From: an uncultured bacterium
GTDB taxonomy: Bacteria > Acidobacteriota > Thermoanaerobaculia > Multivoradales > JAHZIX01
DNA length: 64,000 nt
NCBI GenBank assembly: GCA_965368975.1
Contig: CBDUPA010000001.1
Location: 320,001 to 384,000 of the forward strand
Reading direction: 5' to 3'
Both the position numbers and the translations under genes were made by a program. Shown in pieces: positions 17,360 through 27,321 of the stretch (its first letter is position 1; each line of letters begins with the position of its first letter). Below the pieces are notes generated by a model, which was given only the letters and a program-made list of their open reading frames with translations, searched no databases and had not been told where the DNA came from.

Positions 17360-20300
17360 ATGGCGTCAACAGCAAGAGGCGCATCGACATCCGGGAATGT
17401 GGTCGCGGCCGAGCGTGAGCCGGTGGCGGAGCTGCGGGAGCACGAAGCTCGTGAGGAGCCTGCCGAGGGCGAGCAGCGATTTGACGACGACCCGCACGCC
17501 GATCCTCGCAGTGCCAGCTTGCCGACCTCGGCGCCGACTTTCCTAGAGGTCCCGCCGGCGAGTGCTGGCTCGCGAGCTGCCAACCCCGGAGCCTTTCGAG
17601 CCGGGCGCCGCGAGCGCGTGCCGGCGCTGGCGTACGGTGACAGCCTCGCCGACGACCTTCCGGACCCGTACGATCAGGAACCCGACGCGCGTGCTGACAG
17701 AGCCCGTCCGGGTGCGCGACCACCAGCTGCCGCACCTGTGGCTAGTGCACCGATGGCTAGTGCACCGACGGAATCTTTGGCGGCGGCTCCGGAAGATCTG
17801 GTACCAGGAGCGACACTTGGCCAGTATCGCTTGATCGAGCAGCTCGGCGCTGGCGGTATGGGCGAGGTCTACCGGGCGCACGATACCGAGCTGCAGCGCG
17901 ACGTGGCGCTAAAAGTGGTGCAGGCGTCGCTGGCCAGCAACAGCGCGGCCATGACCCGCTTCCGCCGCGAGGCACGGCTGCTGGCGAGCGTCAACCACCC
18001 GAACATCGCCACCATTCACGGCTTCGAAGAGACGTCCGCAGGCGTGCGCTTCCTGGTCATGGAACTCGTCGAGGGCGAGACGCTGGACGCCCGCTTGCGC
18101 GGCGGTGGTCCGCTGCCGGCCGGCGACGCGATCCGCATCGGCGGTCAGATCGCCTCGGCGCTGGCGGCGGCGCACCGACGCGGCGTCATCCATCGGGATC
18201 TCAAGCCGGGCAACGTCATGCAGTCGCCGGAAGGCTGGGTCAAGGTTCTCGACTTCGGTCTCGCCAAGGCCCTCGGTGCCAATGTACGGGGTGCTGACGT
18301 GCGCGGCACCGACGTGCGCGGCGAGGCGCTGAGTTCGCTCACCGAAACCACCGACTCGCTACTGGTCACCGTCGAAGAATCGCTCACCGTCGGCCAGATG
18401 GGCACAGCGCCCTACATGAGCCCGGAGCAGATCCGCCAGGAAACCATCGACTCGCGCAGCGACATCTGGGCCTTCGGCTGCGTCCTGTTCGAGATGCTCA
18501 CCGGCCGCCGTCTGTTCACCGGTCGCAACCGCTTCGACACCTTCACCTCCATCCTGACGCAGGAACCGCTCTGGGAACTGCTGCCGCCGCGGACCCCCGA
18601 GCCGCTCAAAGAGCTTCTGCAGGCGTGCCTGCAGAAGGACCCGGCGGACCGCCCAGCGTCGATGAACGCGGTGCGCGACAAGCTGCACGAGATGGCCCAG
18701 CTGACGCCGCCGTCCGGCCTGGTGGTCACCGACGCCCCCTGGCAGTCGGCCGATGGCGTGGTCACCGGCCTCGGTGCCTCGGCCAGCTTCGTGCCCCCGA
18801 CCCCGATCCCGCGACGTCGTTGGTTCGCCGCTGCCCTCGTTGCCGCCATCGTGCTGACCGCCCTCGTCGTGGTCGCCGTGCTGCGCGGCTGGTTCGATGG
18901 CGGCAGCACTGGTGCCGGCTTCACGAACGTCGACTCGGTGGTGGTCATGCCCAGCCGCCTGCTCAACATCACGGAAGCTCCCTACCTGGCCGACGCCATC
19001 CCGCACACCATCTCCGGCCACCTGAGCCGCGTCCAGGGGCTCGAAGCCAAGCTGCCGCCCACCGCCTACGACATCGAACGCCTGGGCGGCGACGTCTCAC
19101 GCGTGGCGCGGGCCTACGAAGCCGAGACCATGGTGCTGTCGACCACCAGCATCCAGCAAGGACGCCTGGTCCTGGATCTGCAGCTGGTCGAGACCGGTAC
19201 CCGCAACCTGCTGTGGAGCCAGGTCTACCAGGGGGACCAGGAGGCCTTCCTCGACCTCGCCCGGCGCGCTGCCGAGGGCTTGCAGCAAGCTCTGCGTCCC
19301 GGCGCCGGCGGCCTGCGCTTCGATGCGCCGGTCGATCCAGGCGTCGAGATGCAGCTGCAACAGGGCCGCTACTACGCCAACCTCTACCGCAACCTGGGAC
19401 GCGAGAGCGACATGGCGCAGGCGCTGGCCGCCTACGAGCGGGCGCTCGAACTCGACCCCCGGCGTGCCGACACCGCCGGTGAGATCGCCGTCTTGCACAC
19501 CTTCAGCCTCGACCGTGGCGTCGCCATCGCCGAGGTGCAGGCGGAAGTCGAACGCTGGGCGCGCAAGGCCCTCGATCTCGACCCCAACTGCTCGAAGGCC
19601 TGGGCTGCCCTCGGTGAGATCGAGCCCGGCATTGATGACGAAAGCATGCGTCGCAAGCTCGAATACCTGCTGCGCGCCGCCACCTACGCCCCCTCGGACG
19701 GCTACGCCGCCAACCGACTGTCGGCGCCGCTCGCCTACCTCTCCTTCACTCTCGCCCTGGCTTCCAGTCGCGAAGCCTCGTCCGTCGACCCGCTGGTGCT
19801 GACCGCCCAGGTCTTCGAGGCCATGTGCCTGAGTGCCCTGGGCAACCAGCAAGGCGCCCTGGCGCGCGTCGAGCACGCGCTGAGCATCGAACCCGGTCTG
19901 CCGCTCGGCCTGCTCATCCGAGGCATGCTGCTCAGCTTCAACCGCCGCGACCAGGATGCCCTCGACTTCGTCGGTAGCGAACTCGAACCGCTGGTGGCGC
20001 AAGGCACGCTGAGCAAGGAATGGGTCGACTTGACTCGCGACCTCGCTCTCTTCGGCCAGGCTTCCGCCAACGGCGCCACCGCCACCGCCGACGCCGCCGC
20101 CGCGCGCCTGATCGCCATGGCCCGAGGCGAGGTGCCGTTCGCCCGCTGGCAGGGCGGCACCATGCAGGTCGCGGCGCACCTGGCGCGCTGGGGCCGTCAC
20201 GAAGACGCCGCCGAACTGCTGCGCTACCGCAGTCGCATGGACATCTTCCAGCCCTACGACTACCTGCTGCTGCTGCCCGAATTCGAACCCATCCGCGACA

Positions 20301-20461
20301 ACCTCATCTTCCGCGAAGCCCTCGCCGAGTCCCAAGCGCGCTTTGAGGACGCGTTGGCGATCCTCGAAGCAGCGCGCGCGCAGGGCGAGATGCCGGCCTA
20401 CCTGGAAGTACCGCTGTCCGACCTGATGCAGCGTATCGACGAGGCGGAGGTCGGCGTCTAG
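17360..20461 (+). CDS. Membrane Ser/Thr protein kinase with TolB-N-like and TPR extracellular region
   Basis: GAGGMGEV, VALK, HRDLKPGN, DFG and YMSPEQ. TM helix after RRRW, then TPR-like repeats. Start uncertain. Confidence 0.92.
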   Translation: MASTARGASTSGNVVAAEREPVAELREHEAREEPAEGEQRFDDDPHADPRSASLPTSAPTFLEVPPASAGSRAANPGAFRAGRRERVPALAYGDSLADDLPDPYDQEPDARADRARPGARPPAAAPVASAPMASAPTESLAAAPEDLVPGATLGQYRLIEQLGAGGMGEVYRAHDTELQRDVALKVVQASLASNSAAMTRFRREARLLASVNHPNIATIHGFEETSAGVRFLVMELVEGETLDARLRGGGPLPAGDAIRIGGQIASALAAAHRRGVIHRDLKPGNVMQSPEGWVKVLDFGLAKALGANVRGADVRGTDVRGEALSSLTETTDSLLVTVEESLTVGQMGTAPYMSPEQIRQETIDSRSDIWAFGCVLFEMLTGRRLFTGRNRFDTFTSILTQEPLWELLPPRTPEPLKELLQACLQKDPADRPASMNAVRDKLHEMAQLTPPSGLVVTDAPWQSADGVVTGLGASASFVPPTPIPRRRWFAAALVAAIVLTALVVVAVLRGWFDGGSTGAGFTNVDSVVVMPSRLLNITEAPYLADAIPHTISGHLSRVQGLEAKLPPTAYDIERLGGDVSRVARAYEAETMVLSTTSIQQGRLVLDLQLVETGTRNLLWSQVYQGDQEAFLDLARRAAEGLQQALRPGAGGLRFDAPVDPGVEMQLQQGRYYANLYRNLGRESDMAQALAAYERALELDPRRADTAGEIAVLHTFSLDRGVAIAEVQAEVERWARKALDLDPNCSKAWAALGEIEPGIDDESMRRKLEYLLRAATYAPSDGYAANRLSAPLAYLSFTLALASSREASSVDPLVLTAQVFEAMCLSALGNQQGALARVEHALSIEPGLPLGLLIRGMLLSFNRRDQDALDFVGSELEPLVAQGTLSKEWVDLTRDLALFGQASANGATATADAAAARLIAMARGEVPFARWQGGTMQVAAHLARWGRHEDAAELLRYRSRMDIFQPYDYLLLLPEFEPIRDNLIFREALAESQARFEDALAILEAARAQGEMPAYLEVPLSDLMQRIDEAEVGV

Positions 20462-20463
20462 CG

Positions 20464-21006
20464 CTAGTTCGTGCTCAGCCGCACGCTCTTGGGCTTGAAC
20501 GGTGCGGTGGGCTTGAACGGTGTGGGCTCGACGGTCGCGCTCGGGCTCGAGGGCCCGCCGCGACCAGGCTGCTGCGCCGCGGTGGGCTCCGCAGCCTGTT
20601 GACCGCGACGGTAGAGGAACTTGACGGCGCGGACTTCCTTGCCCGTGCTCGTCGTCTTCACTTCGACACGGTCCATGAGCCCGAAGAGCAAATTCTTCTG
20701 GCCGCACGGGCGCGTGAGCGGGCTTCCCGGTCCCTGTCGGTCACTGCGGATGGTGACTTCCAGGCGGTCGACGTAGAGGTGGACGCGCACTTCGGCGTCG
20801 CCGTTGACGTCCGTGCTGCGACGACCGGGGCGTAGCGTGTAGTGGAGGGCCTCGCGCAGGAACACTTCGAAAGTGTGGCGCTGCGTGCGGCTCAGTTGCA
20901 GGGTCTTGTGGATCCTGTGCATGGCGGCTACGGGCAGCGCTCGTTGCGGGGCGTAGCCGTCCACCTGGACTGTGACGTGAGGGGTCGGGAGGGGTGGGTA
21001 CGACAT
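20464..21006 (-). CDS. Degenerate RsbW/HATPase_c_2-like ATP-binding protein
   Basis: LREAL..., VRVHLYVDRLEVTIRSD...G and GLMDRVEV...GKEVRAVK follow the anti-sigma kinase layout. The N-box Asn and the GxG motif are not conserved. Confidence 0.5.
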   Translation of the reverse strand: MSYPPLPTPHVTVQVDGYAPQRALPVAAMHRIHKTLQLSRTQRHTFEVFLREALHYTLRPGRRSTDVNGDAEVRVHLYVDRLEVTIRSDRQGPGSPLTRPCGQKNLLFGLMDRVEVKTTSTGKEVRAVKFLYRRGQQAAEPTAAQQPGRGGPSSPSATVEPTPFKPTAPFKPKSVRLSTN

Positions 21007-21278
21007 ACTGCTACTTATAGCTGCTTGTGAATATCTTTGCAAGCCATGCGCGAATCGAATCGAGGGCAGGAGTGGAGAGGCGCGGCTATGCGCCCTTCAG
21101 AGCAAGAATGCGCCTCCAGGAGGGGGCCAGCTTGTCGAGTTCGTCGGTGTGCACCTGCACGCTGATCCGGTGCACCCTGCCTACGATCTTTGGGCGGAGG
21201 GCGGAGCGCCACGGCAAGCGGGCATGGGGTGGCGATGGTCGAAGTCCGGCAGTGGCGGCAAAGTACGCGATGGAGGAT

Positions 21279-21755
21279 CTAGTGGCTGAAGTCCCCTTGC
21301 AGCAACCTGCGCAATAGCTGGGGTGCCACGCGGAAGTTTGTTTGCCGCAATCGCTCTACCACGGTTGGCAGGTCTACCCATCCTCCCATCGCTGCCTGCC
21401 CGAGAATGCCCACCAGACCTACCATCTGCAAGCCCAGTGCACGAGCTGCCCGGCGTGCTGCCTTTTCGTCAAGCGCCGCCGTCGCCGATAGCACGGCAGC
21501 TAACTCGATCACCGCCCGCTCACCGTCGTGCAAGTTCTCCAATCCCGGTAGCTGAGACTCGGGGTTTGGGTAGATCTCCAGCCACGGAGGCGGAGCAGCG
21601 ATCCACTTGGCCGTCGCGGCCGGGGCATGTGGGTGCAGCAGCTCTAGGTGGACAGCTTCCGGGATCAAGACGCGGGAGAAGAGCCGAGGCAGGATTTCGA
21701 TCGTGTCGATCGCACAGAGATTGGAAATCACCGAGGTGTCGAAGACACCGATCAT
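21279..21755 (-). CDS. DUF3368-type PIN-domain protein (putative toxin)
   Basis: VFDTSVISNL, IPEAVHLEL, LHDGERAVI and LDEKAARRAA. Confidence 0.85.
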   Translation of the reverse strand: MIGVFDTSVISNLCAIDTIEILPRLFSRVLIPEAVHLELLHPHAPAATAKWIAAPPPWLEIYPNPESQLPGLENLHDGERAVIELAAVLSATAALDEKAARRAARALGLQMVGLVGILGQAAMGGWVDLPTVVERLRQTNFRVAPQLLRRLLQGDFSH

Positions 21756-22018
21756 GCCGACGCGGCGGCCCGGAAGGTCGCCAAGTCGGCTTGTAGGTCG
21801 TCCTCGGTGTAGTCGAGATGGGCTCCGGCCTCCTTCAGAAAGGCTTCCAACTCGAAGCGCGACGCCAACCCTAGTGCCCGCTGGACCTGGGCAGCGGTGA
21901 TCACCCCACGGCGGTACGCGTCGACGGTCAGAGCCTCTAGAGCGTGACGAGCGAGGTCACGCCACTGGTCAGCGAGCTGGTGGGCGATGTCGTCGGGTAG
22001 GGAGATGGAAACGTTCAT
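21752..22018 (-). CDS. UPF0175-family protein (putative antitoxin)
   Basis: ALEALTVDAYRRGVITAAQV...LDYTEDDLQADL. 4-bp overlap with the PIN gene. Confidence 0.85.
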   Translation of the reverse strand: MNVSISLPDDIAHQLADQWRDLARHALEALTVDAYRRGVITAAQVQRALGLASRFELEAFLKEAGAHLDYTEDDLQADLATFRAAASA

Positions 22019-22217
22019 GGGACCTCCTGTTGCAGGTTAGTGTACCAGTGGCCAGGCGCAGGAGGCCCCTACATGCAGAAGTCAGCTCCCTGTCACCGGG
22101 TACGGTGTTGCAGCTGCAAGCCGTCATCTCCTCTCCCATCCCTCAGCCTCTGCTAGCATGCTCGCACTTCGATCTCGGACTCAACGCCTGATCACAGGCG
22201 ACAGGGAGGAACGCGCG

Positions 22218-23327
22218 GTGCCGAAGAAGACTCCACCTCAGCCGGAAGCGCAGCAGATGCCGAATCAAGTTCCCGGGCAGATGCCCGGCATGCCTCAGAT
22301 GCAACCGGGTATGCAGCCCGGTATGGGTGGCAACCCGATGATGCAGATGATGCAAATGATGCAGATGATGATGGGGGGCGGCGGCATGCCCTCGATGGCG
22401 GTGGATCCGTCGTCCTTGCCCTTCGCGGGGGGTGGTCAGCAGGCGGTCGATGATAGGGACCCGGGGCTGGAAGCGGAGATCATCCGGCCGGCGACGCTGA
22501 CCGAGCGGATCCGCACCCAGCAGGCGCTGACGCTCGGCTCGGTGCTTGATCGATTGTGCCTGACCGAGGACGGCTCGACGTCGCTCGGCGGCGTGCCGAT
22601 GGGCTGCACGATGGCGTTCGCGGGACCGCCGGGCAAGGGCAAGACGCGCAGCGCGCTGGCGGCGCTGGTCAACGTGGCGCTGGCGGGGCACAAGGTGGCC
22701 TTCGTGGTGGCCGAGGAGGGCTTCCACAGCGACGAAGACTTCGGCCGCGACGACCTCTGCTCGCGGCTGGTCAAGCTGGGCATGCAGGTCTCGGGGCTGA
22801 AGGAGAAAGCCTTCGCGGACAAGGTACTGGCCAACATGTACGTGCTCGAGAGCCAGTACCACAAGAGCCAGACCTGGGACGACTTCATCCACCGCTACCG
22901 CTACCTGGTGGAAAAGGAAGAAATCGACTTCGTGGTCATCGACTCGCTCAACATGCTCGACCCGAGCAAACAGCGCACGGCCGACAATCTGGCGGCGCTC
23001 AAGACCTACAACCACGACCACGGTGTGACCTGCATCTGCATCGGCCAGATCCGTGACACCGGCTCGCCGGTGGGGGGCGAGGCGTTGCAGCACACGGCGG
23101 ACGCGGTGTTCCTGATCGAGGAGCTGAGCCTGACGTCGAAGGACATGGCGGAGCAGTGGGGCGGCAAGTACCGCGAGAAGATCGAGGTGATCCGCGCGGT
23201 CAAGAGCGTCACGACGCCGATTTTCCCGCACCCGCTGCGCGTGGCGCAGGATCCGGCGAACGGCGTGCTGCAGCCGCACGAGGCGCAGCCGGAAGAGTAC
23301 GCGCTACCGCCGGTCGCCAAGGGCTGA
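22218..23327 (+). CDS. Single-domain KaiC/RadA/RAD55-like ATPase with Met/Gln/Pro-rich N-terminal tail
   Basis: GGAGG at 22205-22209 before GTG 22218. Walker A GPPGKGKT, Walker B FVVIDS, GQ and GGEALQHTADAV RecA-fold motifs. Confidence 0.85.
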   Translation: MPKKTPPQPEAQQMPNQVPGQMPGMPQMQPGMQPGMGGNPMMQMMQMMQMMMGGGGMPSMAVDPSSLPFAGGGQQAVDDRDPGLEAEIIRPATLTERIRTQQALTLGSVLDRLCLTEDGSTSLGGVPMGCTMAFAGPPGKGKTRSALAALVNVALAGHKVAFVVAEEGFHSDEDFGRDDLCSRLVKLGMQVSGLKEKAFADKVLANMYVLESQYHKSQTWDDFIHRYRYLVEKEEIDFVVIDSLNMLDPSKQRTADNLAALKTYNHDHGVTCICIGQIRDTGSPVGGEALQHTADAVFLIEELSLTSKDMAEQWGGKYREKIEVIRAVKSVTTPIFPHPLRVAQDPANGVLQPHEAQPEEYALPPVAKG

Positions 23328-23343
23328 AGGGCAGCGGGTAGCA

Positions 23344-25311
23344 ATGGCGCCAACGGCGACAAGCCCACGGCTGCAACAGGTCGGCCTGGAGCAGATCCGG
23401 GGCTGGTACCGGGGTCTCGATGGCCTGGAACGGCTGCGCCGTGGCGGTGTGGGGCGACGCGTGCCCGACGAGCACTTCCTGGCCGACGAGCTCAAGGTGC
23501 CGCCGCACGTGGCGTTCCTGGTGCAGCAGGCGCCTGAACTCGACCTCGAGACGCTGGCGTCGATCCCGTTCTACAGCCTCTGCCGTGGCCTGCTGCTGCC
23601 GCTCTCTGGCCTGACACTGGAGCGCAGCGCCGCCTTCTTCGGCTTGCAGGCGCCGGCACCGCCGAGCACGTCCGAGCGCGAGGAAGTGCTGCGACGCTTC
23701 CTGCAGCGCGACCTCGGCTTGACGCAGCTGCAGAAGCTGGCCTGCCTGCTGGGCGATCCGTTCGAGGGCAAGCCGCCACGTCTGCGCCGCGACAGCCTGC
23801 TGCGCTTGTTGCAGTCCGAGGGGCTGGTGACGCGGCGCGAGTTGCTCGATCAGCTGACCCTGGTCGGCGACGTCGCGGTGCTGTTCGCACGCAGCCGTCC
23901 CGCGCTCCGGGCCGACCCCCAGCTGACGGCGGCGGAAGTGCTCGAGACTCTGCGCTGCCTGCCGGACGCTCGCCGCACGGTTCAGTTCGAGTTGCTGCGC
24001 TCGTTGCTCGAACGCTGCGGCAAGCTGGAGGCGTATTTCTTGGCACGGCTGATGGAGCGCCGCGCCGGGCTGCGCTACGAGAGCGAGCTGTTGGCGCGCC
24101 TGGTGGGCGAGCAGTTCGGCGTCGAGCCGGAAGCCGTCAGTCACGCGATGGCGCTTACCGACGCCTTCCACGTTGTGCGCCTGCTGCAACAGGACGGCGT
24201 CGAGGGCCTGCGGTCGATCCAGCTCCAGCCGCTGGTGCCGGTGCGGCCCGCCCTCGCCGGAGGCGAAGTCAAAGGAAGCGGCGCTAGTGGTGGCACCGAG
24301 TCGATCAAGCGCTTCCCCGTGTGGGTCGAGCGCAAGTACGACGGCATTCGCATGATGCTGCACAAGACCACCGACGCGCTCGGCTCAGTGCTGTGCGGCG
24401 CCTACAGCCGCAACCGGCGGGACTACCTGGAGCTGGTGCGCGGCCTCGACGCGGTGATCAAGATGCTGCCGGTGCGCTCGGCGATCGTCGACGGCGAACT
24501 CTACGGCACTATCGTCGACCTGCACGGTGCGCGACCGGCGCAGGTCTACGAGCTGTTCAGCGTCATTCAGGGCGACCTCAGCAGACCCGTGCAGCTGCGC
24601 TATGCGGCTTTCGACCTGCTCTACCTCGACGGCCACGACCTCACGGGGCTGCCGCTGTCCGAGCGTCGGCAGTACCTGTCCAACCTGATCGCGCCACTGG
24701 CGGTGTCGAGCTGGTTGCCGGTGCCGGTGACGCTGGCCGAAGGACAGATGGTGTCCGGCGGTGACGACGTCAAGCGTCTCTACCAGCACTTCCGCGCCCA
24801 GGGCTACGAGGGCATCATCAGCAAAGACCTCGACGCCCCCTATCGCCTGGCCAGTCGCGACCCGTCGTGGCTCAAGAAGAAACCCGAGATCACGCTCGAC
24901 CTGGTCTTGCTGGGCGCCGTGCTGGCGGTCACCACCAAAGAGAAGACCGGCATGTTCGGCTCCTACATCATCGCCGCACGCAGCGCTGAAGTCGGCTTTC
25001 TCGACGTCGGTGACGTCGCCGGTGTCGATTGCGAGCGCGACGCCCAGATCCAGCAGCTGATCATGAGTGAGGGCCTGCTCACCGGCCAACGCATCGAGCG
25101 CAAGGGCGCCGGCGGCGTGCGGCCGGGATTCGAGCTGATGCCGCACATCGTCGTTACCGTGCGCTTCGACGGCATCGTCAAGGATTCCACCACCGGAGTC
25201 CTCAGTCTGCGCGATCCCAAGCTGGTAGTGATCCGCCCGGACAAGACCGCCTTCGAAGCCGACACCGTCGAGTCGATCGAGCAGCTCTTCCTGCGCGAAC
25301 GGATGGGGTAG
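23344..25311 (+). CDS. ATP-dependent DNA ligase
   Basis: Motif I ERKYDGIR, IVDGEL, AAFDLLY, EGIISK and WLKKK. OB domain ending LSLRDPK...IRPDK. Helical N-terminal region. Confidence 0.9.
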   Translation: MAPTATSPRLQQVGLEQIRGWYRGLDGLERLRRGGVGRRVPDEHFLADELKVPPHVAFLVQQAPELDLETLASIPFYSLCRGLLLPLSGLTLERSAAFFGLQAPAPPSTSEREEVLRRFLQRDLGLTQLQKLACLLGDPFEGKPPRLRRDSLLRLLQSEGLVTRRELLDQLTLVGDVAVLFARSRPALRADPQLTAAEVLETLRCLPDARRTVQFELLRSLLERCGKLEAYFLARLMERRAGLRYESELLARLVGEQFGVEPEAVSHAMALTDAFHVVRLLQQDGVEGLRSIQLQPLVPVRPALAGGEVKGSGASGGTESIKRFPVWVERKYDGIRMMLHKTTDALGSVLCGAYSRNRRDYLELVRGLDAVIKMLPVRSAIVDGELYGTIVDLHGARPAQVYELFSVIQGDLSRPVQLRYAAFDLLYLDGHDLTGLPLSERRQYLSNLIAPLAVSSWLPVPVTLAEGQMVSGGDDVKRLYQHFRAQGYEGIISKDLDAPYRLASRDPSWLKKKPEITLDLVLLGAVLAVTTKEKTGMFGSYIIAARSAEVGFLDVGDVAGVDCERDAQIQQLIMSEGLLTGQRIERKGAGGVRPGFELMPHIVVTVRFDGIVKDSTTGVLSLRDPKLVVIRPDKTAFEADTVESIEQLFLRERMG

Positions 25312-25321
25312 GATCCGAGCG

Positions 25322-25780
25322 ATGCGGCGCAAGACTCAACAACGAACCGCCATCCTGCAAGCCCTGGAAGACGCTGACCGTCCGCTGAGCCCGCAGGAGA
25401 TCCTCGATTCGGCACGCGAAGACACCCCGACGCTCGGCATCGCTACTGTCTATCGCAACATCCGCGTCCTGGTCGACGAAGATCACTTGCACGCCGTCGA
25501 TCTCCCCGGCGCCCCCAGCCGCTACGAACTGGTTGGCAAGGGCCACCACCACCACTTCCACTGCCGCCGCTGCGACCGCGTGTTCGAAGTCGAGGAGTGT
25601 CCCGGTCAGCTGTCCGACCTGCTGCCAGCCGGCTTCGAGCTGGAAGAGCACGAGATCATTCTCTACGGCCGCTGCCCGGACTGCGTGACGGGTGCCAGTG
25701 ATGCGAATGCCAGTGATGCGACTGCCAGTGATGCGAATGCCAGTGATGCGACTGCCAGTGATGCGGCCGCGTCGGCATGA
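25322..25780 (+). CDS. Fur-family transcriptional regulator
   Basis: TQQRTAIL, ATVYRN, HHHHFHCRRC and YGRCPDC. Confidence 0.93.
   Translation: MRRKTQQRTAILQALEDADRPLSPQEILDSAREDTPTLGIATVYRNIRVLVDEDHLHAVDLPGAPSRYELVGKGHHHHFHCRRCDRVFEVEECPGQLSDLLPAGFELEEHEIILYGRCPDCVTGASDANASDATASDANASDATASDAAASA
25693..25767. repeat. 5 x 15-bp in-frame tandem repeat (ASDAN/ASDAT)
   Basis: TGCCAGTGATGCG(AA/AC/GC) units, alternating AA/AC. Confidence 0.9.
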
Positions 25781-27321
25781 GCGTCCCCGAACTGCGCCTG
25801 CGCACCGTCCACGACGCCCCGGCGCGCCCGGACGGAGACTTCGTCCTCTACTGGATGATCGCCCACCGGCGCCTGGGCTGGAATTTCGCCCTGCAGCGGG
25901 CGGTCGACGAGGCGTCACGCTTGGACAAGCCGCTGGTGATCCTGGAAGCGCTGCGCTGTGGCTACCGCTGGGCCAGCGACCGTCTGCATCGTTTCGTTAT
26001 CGACGGCATGGCCGACCACGCACGTCAGCTCGACGGAAGTGAGCGGCAAGGGGTCGTCTATTACCCCTACCTGGAGCCCGAGGCGGACGCCGGCAAGGGA
26101 CTCCTGGAAGCGCTGGCCGAGCGGGCCGCGCTGGTCGTCACGGACGACTTCCCGTGCTTCTTCTTGCCGCGCCTGGTCGAGGCGGCCGGTCGCCAGCTAG
26201 CCCGTCTCGAGCCAGGCGGCTTGGCGGAGGGCACCGGTGTGCGCCTGGAAGCCGTCGACGCCAACGGTCTGCTACCGCTGCGCGCCGCCGACAAGGTCTT
26301 CGCCCGCGCCTTCGACTTCCGTCGCTTCCTGCAGAAGAACCTGCCCAGTCACCTGGGTGACCTGCCGCGTGTGGACCCTCTGTCCCTGCAAGACGGCGGT
26401 CCTGGCCTGCCGCCCCTCGACGCGCACCAGCTGGACGGAATCGAGCAGCGCTGGCCGCCGACGCCGCGCGACGTGCTCGACGCCCCCGCGGACCTGCTCG
26501 CCCGCCTGCCGATCGACCACGATGTGCGTCCCTGGGACGGCCTGCGCGGCGGCGACGGCGAAGCGGCCATGGCGCTGCAGCGCTTCCTCGACGAGCGTCT
26601 CGCCTCCTACGGTGACGGTCGCAACCATCCCGACGACGACGCGGCCAGTGGCTTCTCACCCTACCTCCACTTCGGCCACCTCGGCGCACACCAGGTGTTC
26701 ACCGCCCTCGCCGAGCGCGAAGGCTGGACGCCGCAGCGGCTGAGCGACACCACGCGCGGTCAACGAGAGGGCTGGTGGGGCATGAGTGCGTCTGCCGAGT
26801 CCTTCCTCGACGAGCTCGTCACCTGGCGCGAAGTGGGCTACAACATGTGCTGGCAAGAGCCCGCCTACGACCGCTACGACAGCTTGCCCGACTGGGCGCG
26901 CGCAACTCTCGCCGAGCACCAGGGTGACGAGCGTGAGCATGTCTACACCCTGGAGCAGTTCGAGCGCGCCGAGACCCACGACGAGCTGTGGAACGCCGCC
27001 CAGCGTCAACTGGTCAAAGAAGGTCGCATGCACAACTACCTGCGCATGCTGTGGGGCAAGAAGGTCCTGCACTGGACCGAAGATCCACGCACCGCCGTCG
27101 ACATCCTGGTCGAGCTGAACAACAAGTACGCCCTCGATGGTCGCAACCCGAACTCGTACAGCGGTATCTTCTGGGTCTTCGGCCGCTACGACCGCGCCTG
27201 GGGTCCCGAGCGTCCGATCTTCGGCAAGATCCGTTATATGACCTCCGACAGCACCCGCCGCAAACTGCGCCTGACGCAGTACCTGCAGCGCTACGGCTCG
27301 GCCAACCGGTCGCTCTGGTGA
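25777..27321 (+). CDS. phr: Class II CPD DNA photolyase
   Basis: VLYWM, SGFSPYLHFG, MHNYLRMLWGKK, NNKYALDGRNPNSY and ERPIFGKIRYM. Confidence 0.93.
   Translation: MSVPELRLRTVHDAPARPDGDFVLYWMIAHRRLGWNFALQRAVDEASRLDKPLVILEALRCGYRWASDRLHRFVIDGMADHARQLDGSERQGVVYYPYLEPEADAGKGLLEALAERAALVVTDDFPCFFLPRLVEAAGRQLARLEPGGLAEGTGVRLEAVDANGLLPLRAADKVFARAFDFRRFLQKNLPSHLGDLPRVDPLSLQDGGPGLPPLDAHQLDGIEQRWPPTPRDVLDAPADLLARLPIDHDVRPWDGLRGGDGEAAMALQRFLDERLASYGDGRNHPDDDAASGFSPYLHFGHLGAHQVFTALAEREGWTPQRLSDTTRGQREGWWGMSASAESFLDELVTWREVGYNMCWQEPAYDRYDSLPDWARATLAEHQGDEREHVYTLEQFERAETHDELWNAAQRQLVKEGRMHNYLRMLWGKKVLHWTEDPRTAVDILVELNNKYALDGRNPNSYSGIFWVFGRYDRAWGPERPIFGKIRYMTSDSTRRKLRLTQYLQRYGSANRSLW

Noticed and set aside
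21027-21278. Short ORFs between the HATPase-like gene and the PIN toxin
   Set aside because: No recognisable motif or convincing start. Could be a remnant but cannot be supported.
22218-23327. Circadian kaiC or radA/sms
   Set aside because: Single ATPase domain, no kaiB nearby, and no zinc finger, KNRFG motif or Lon-like domain.
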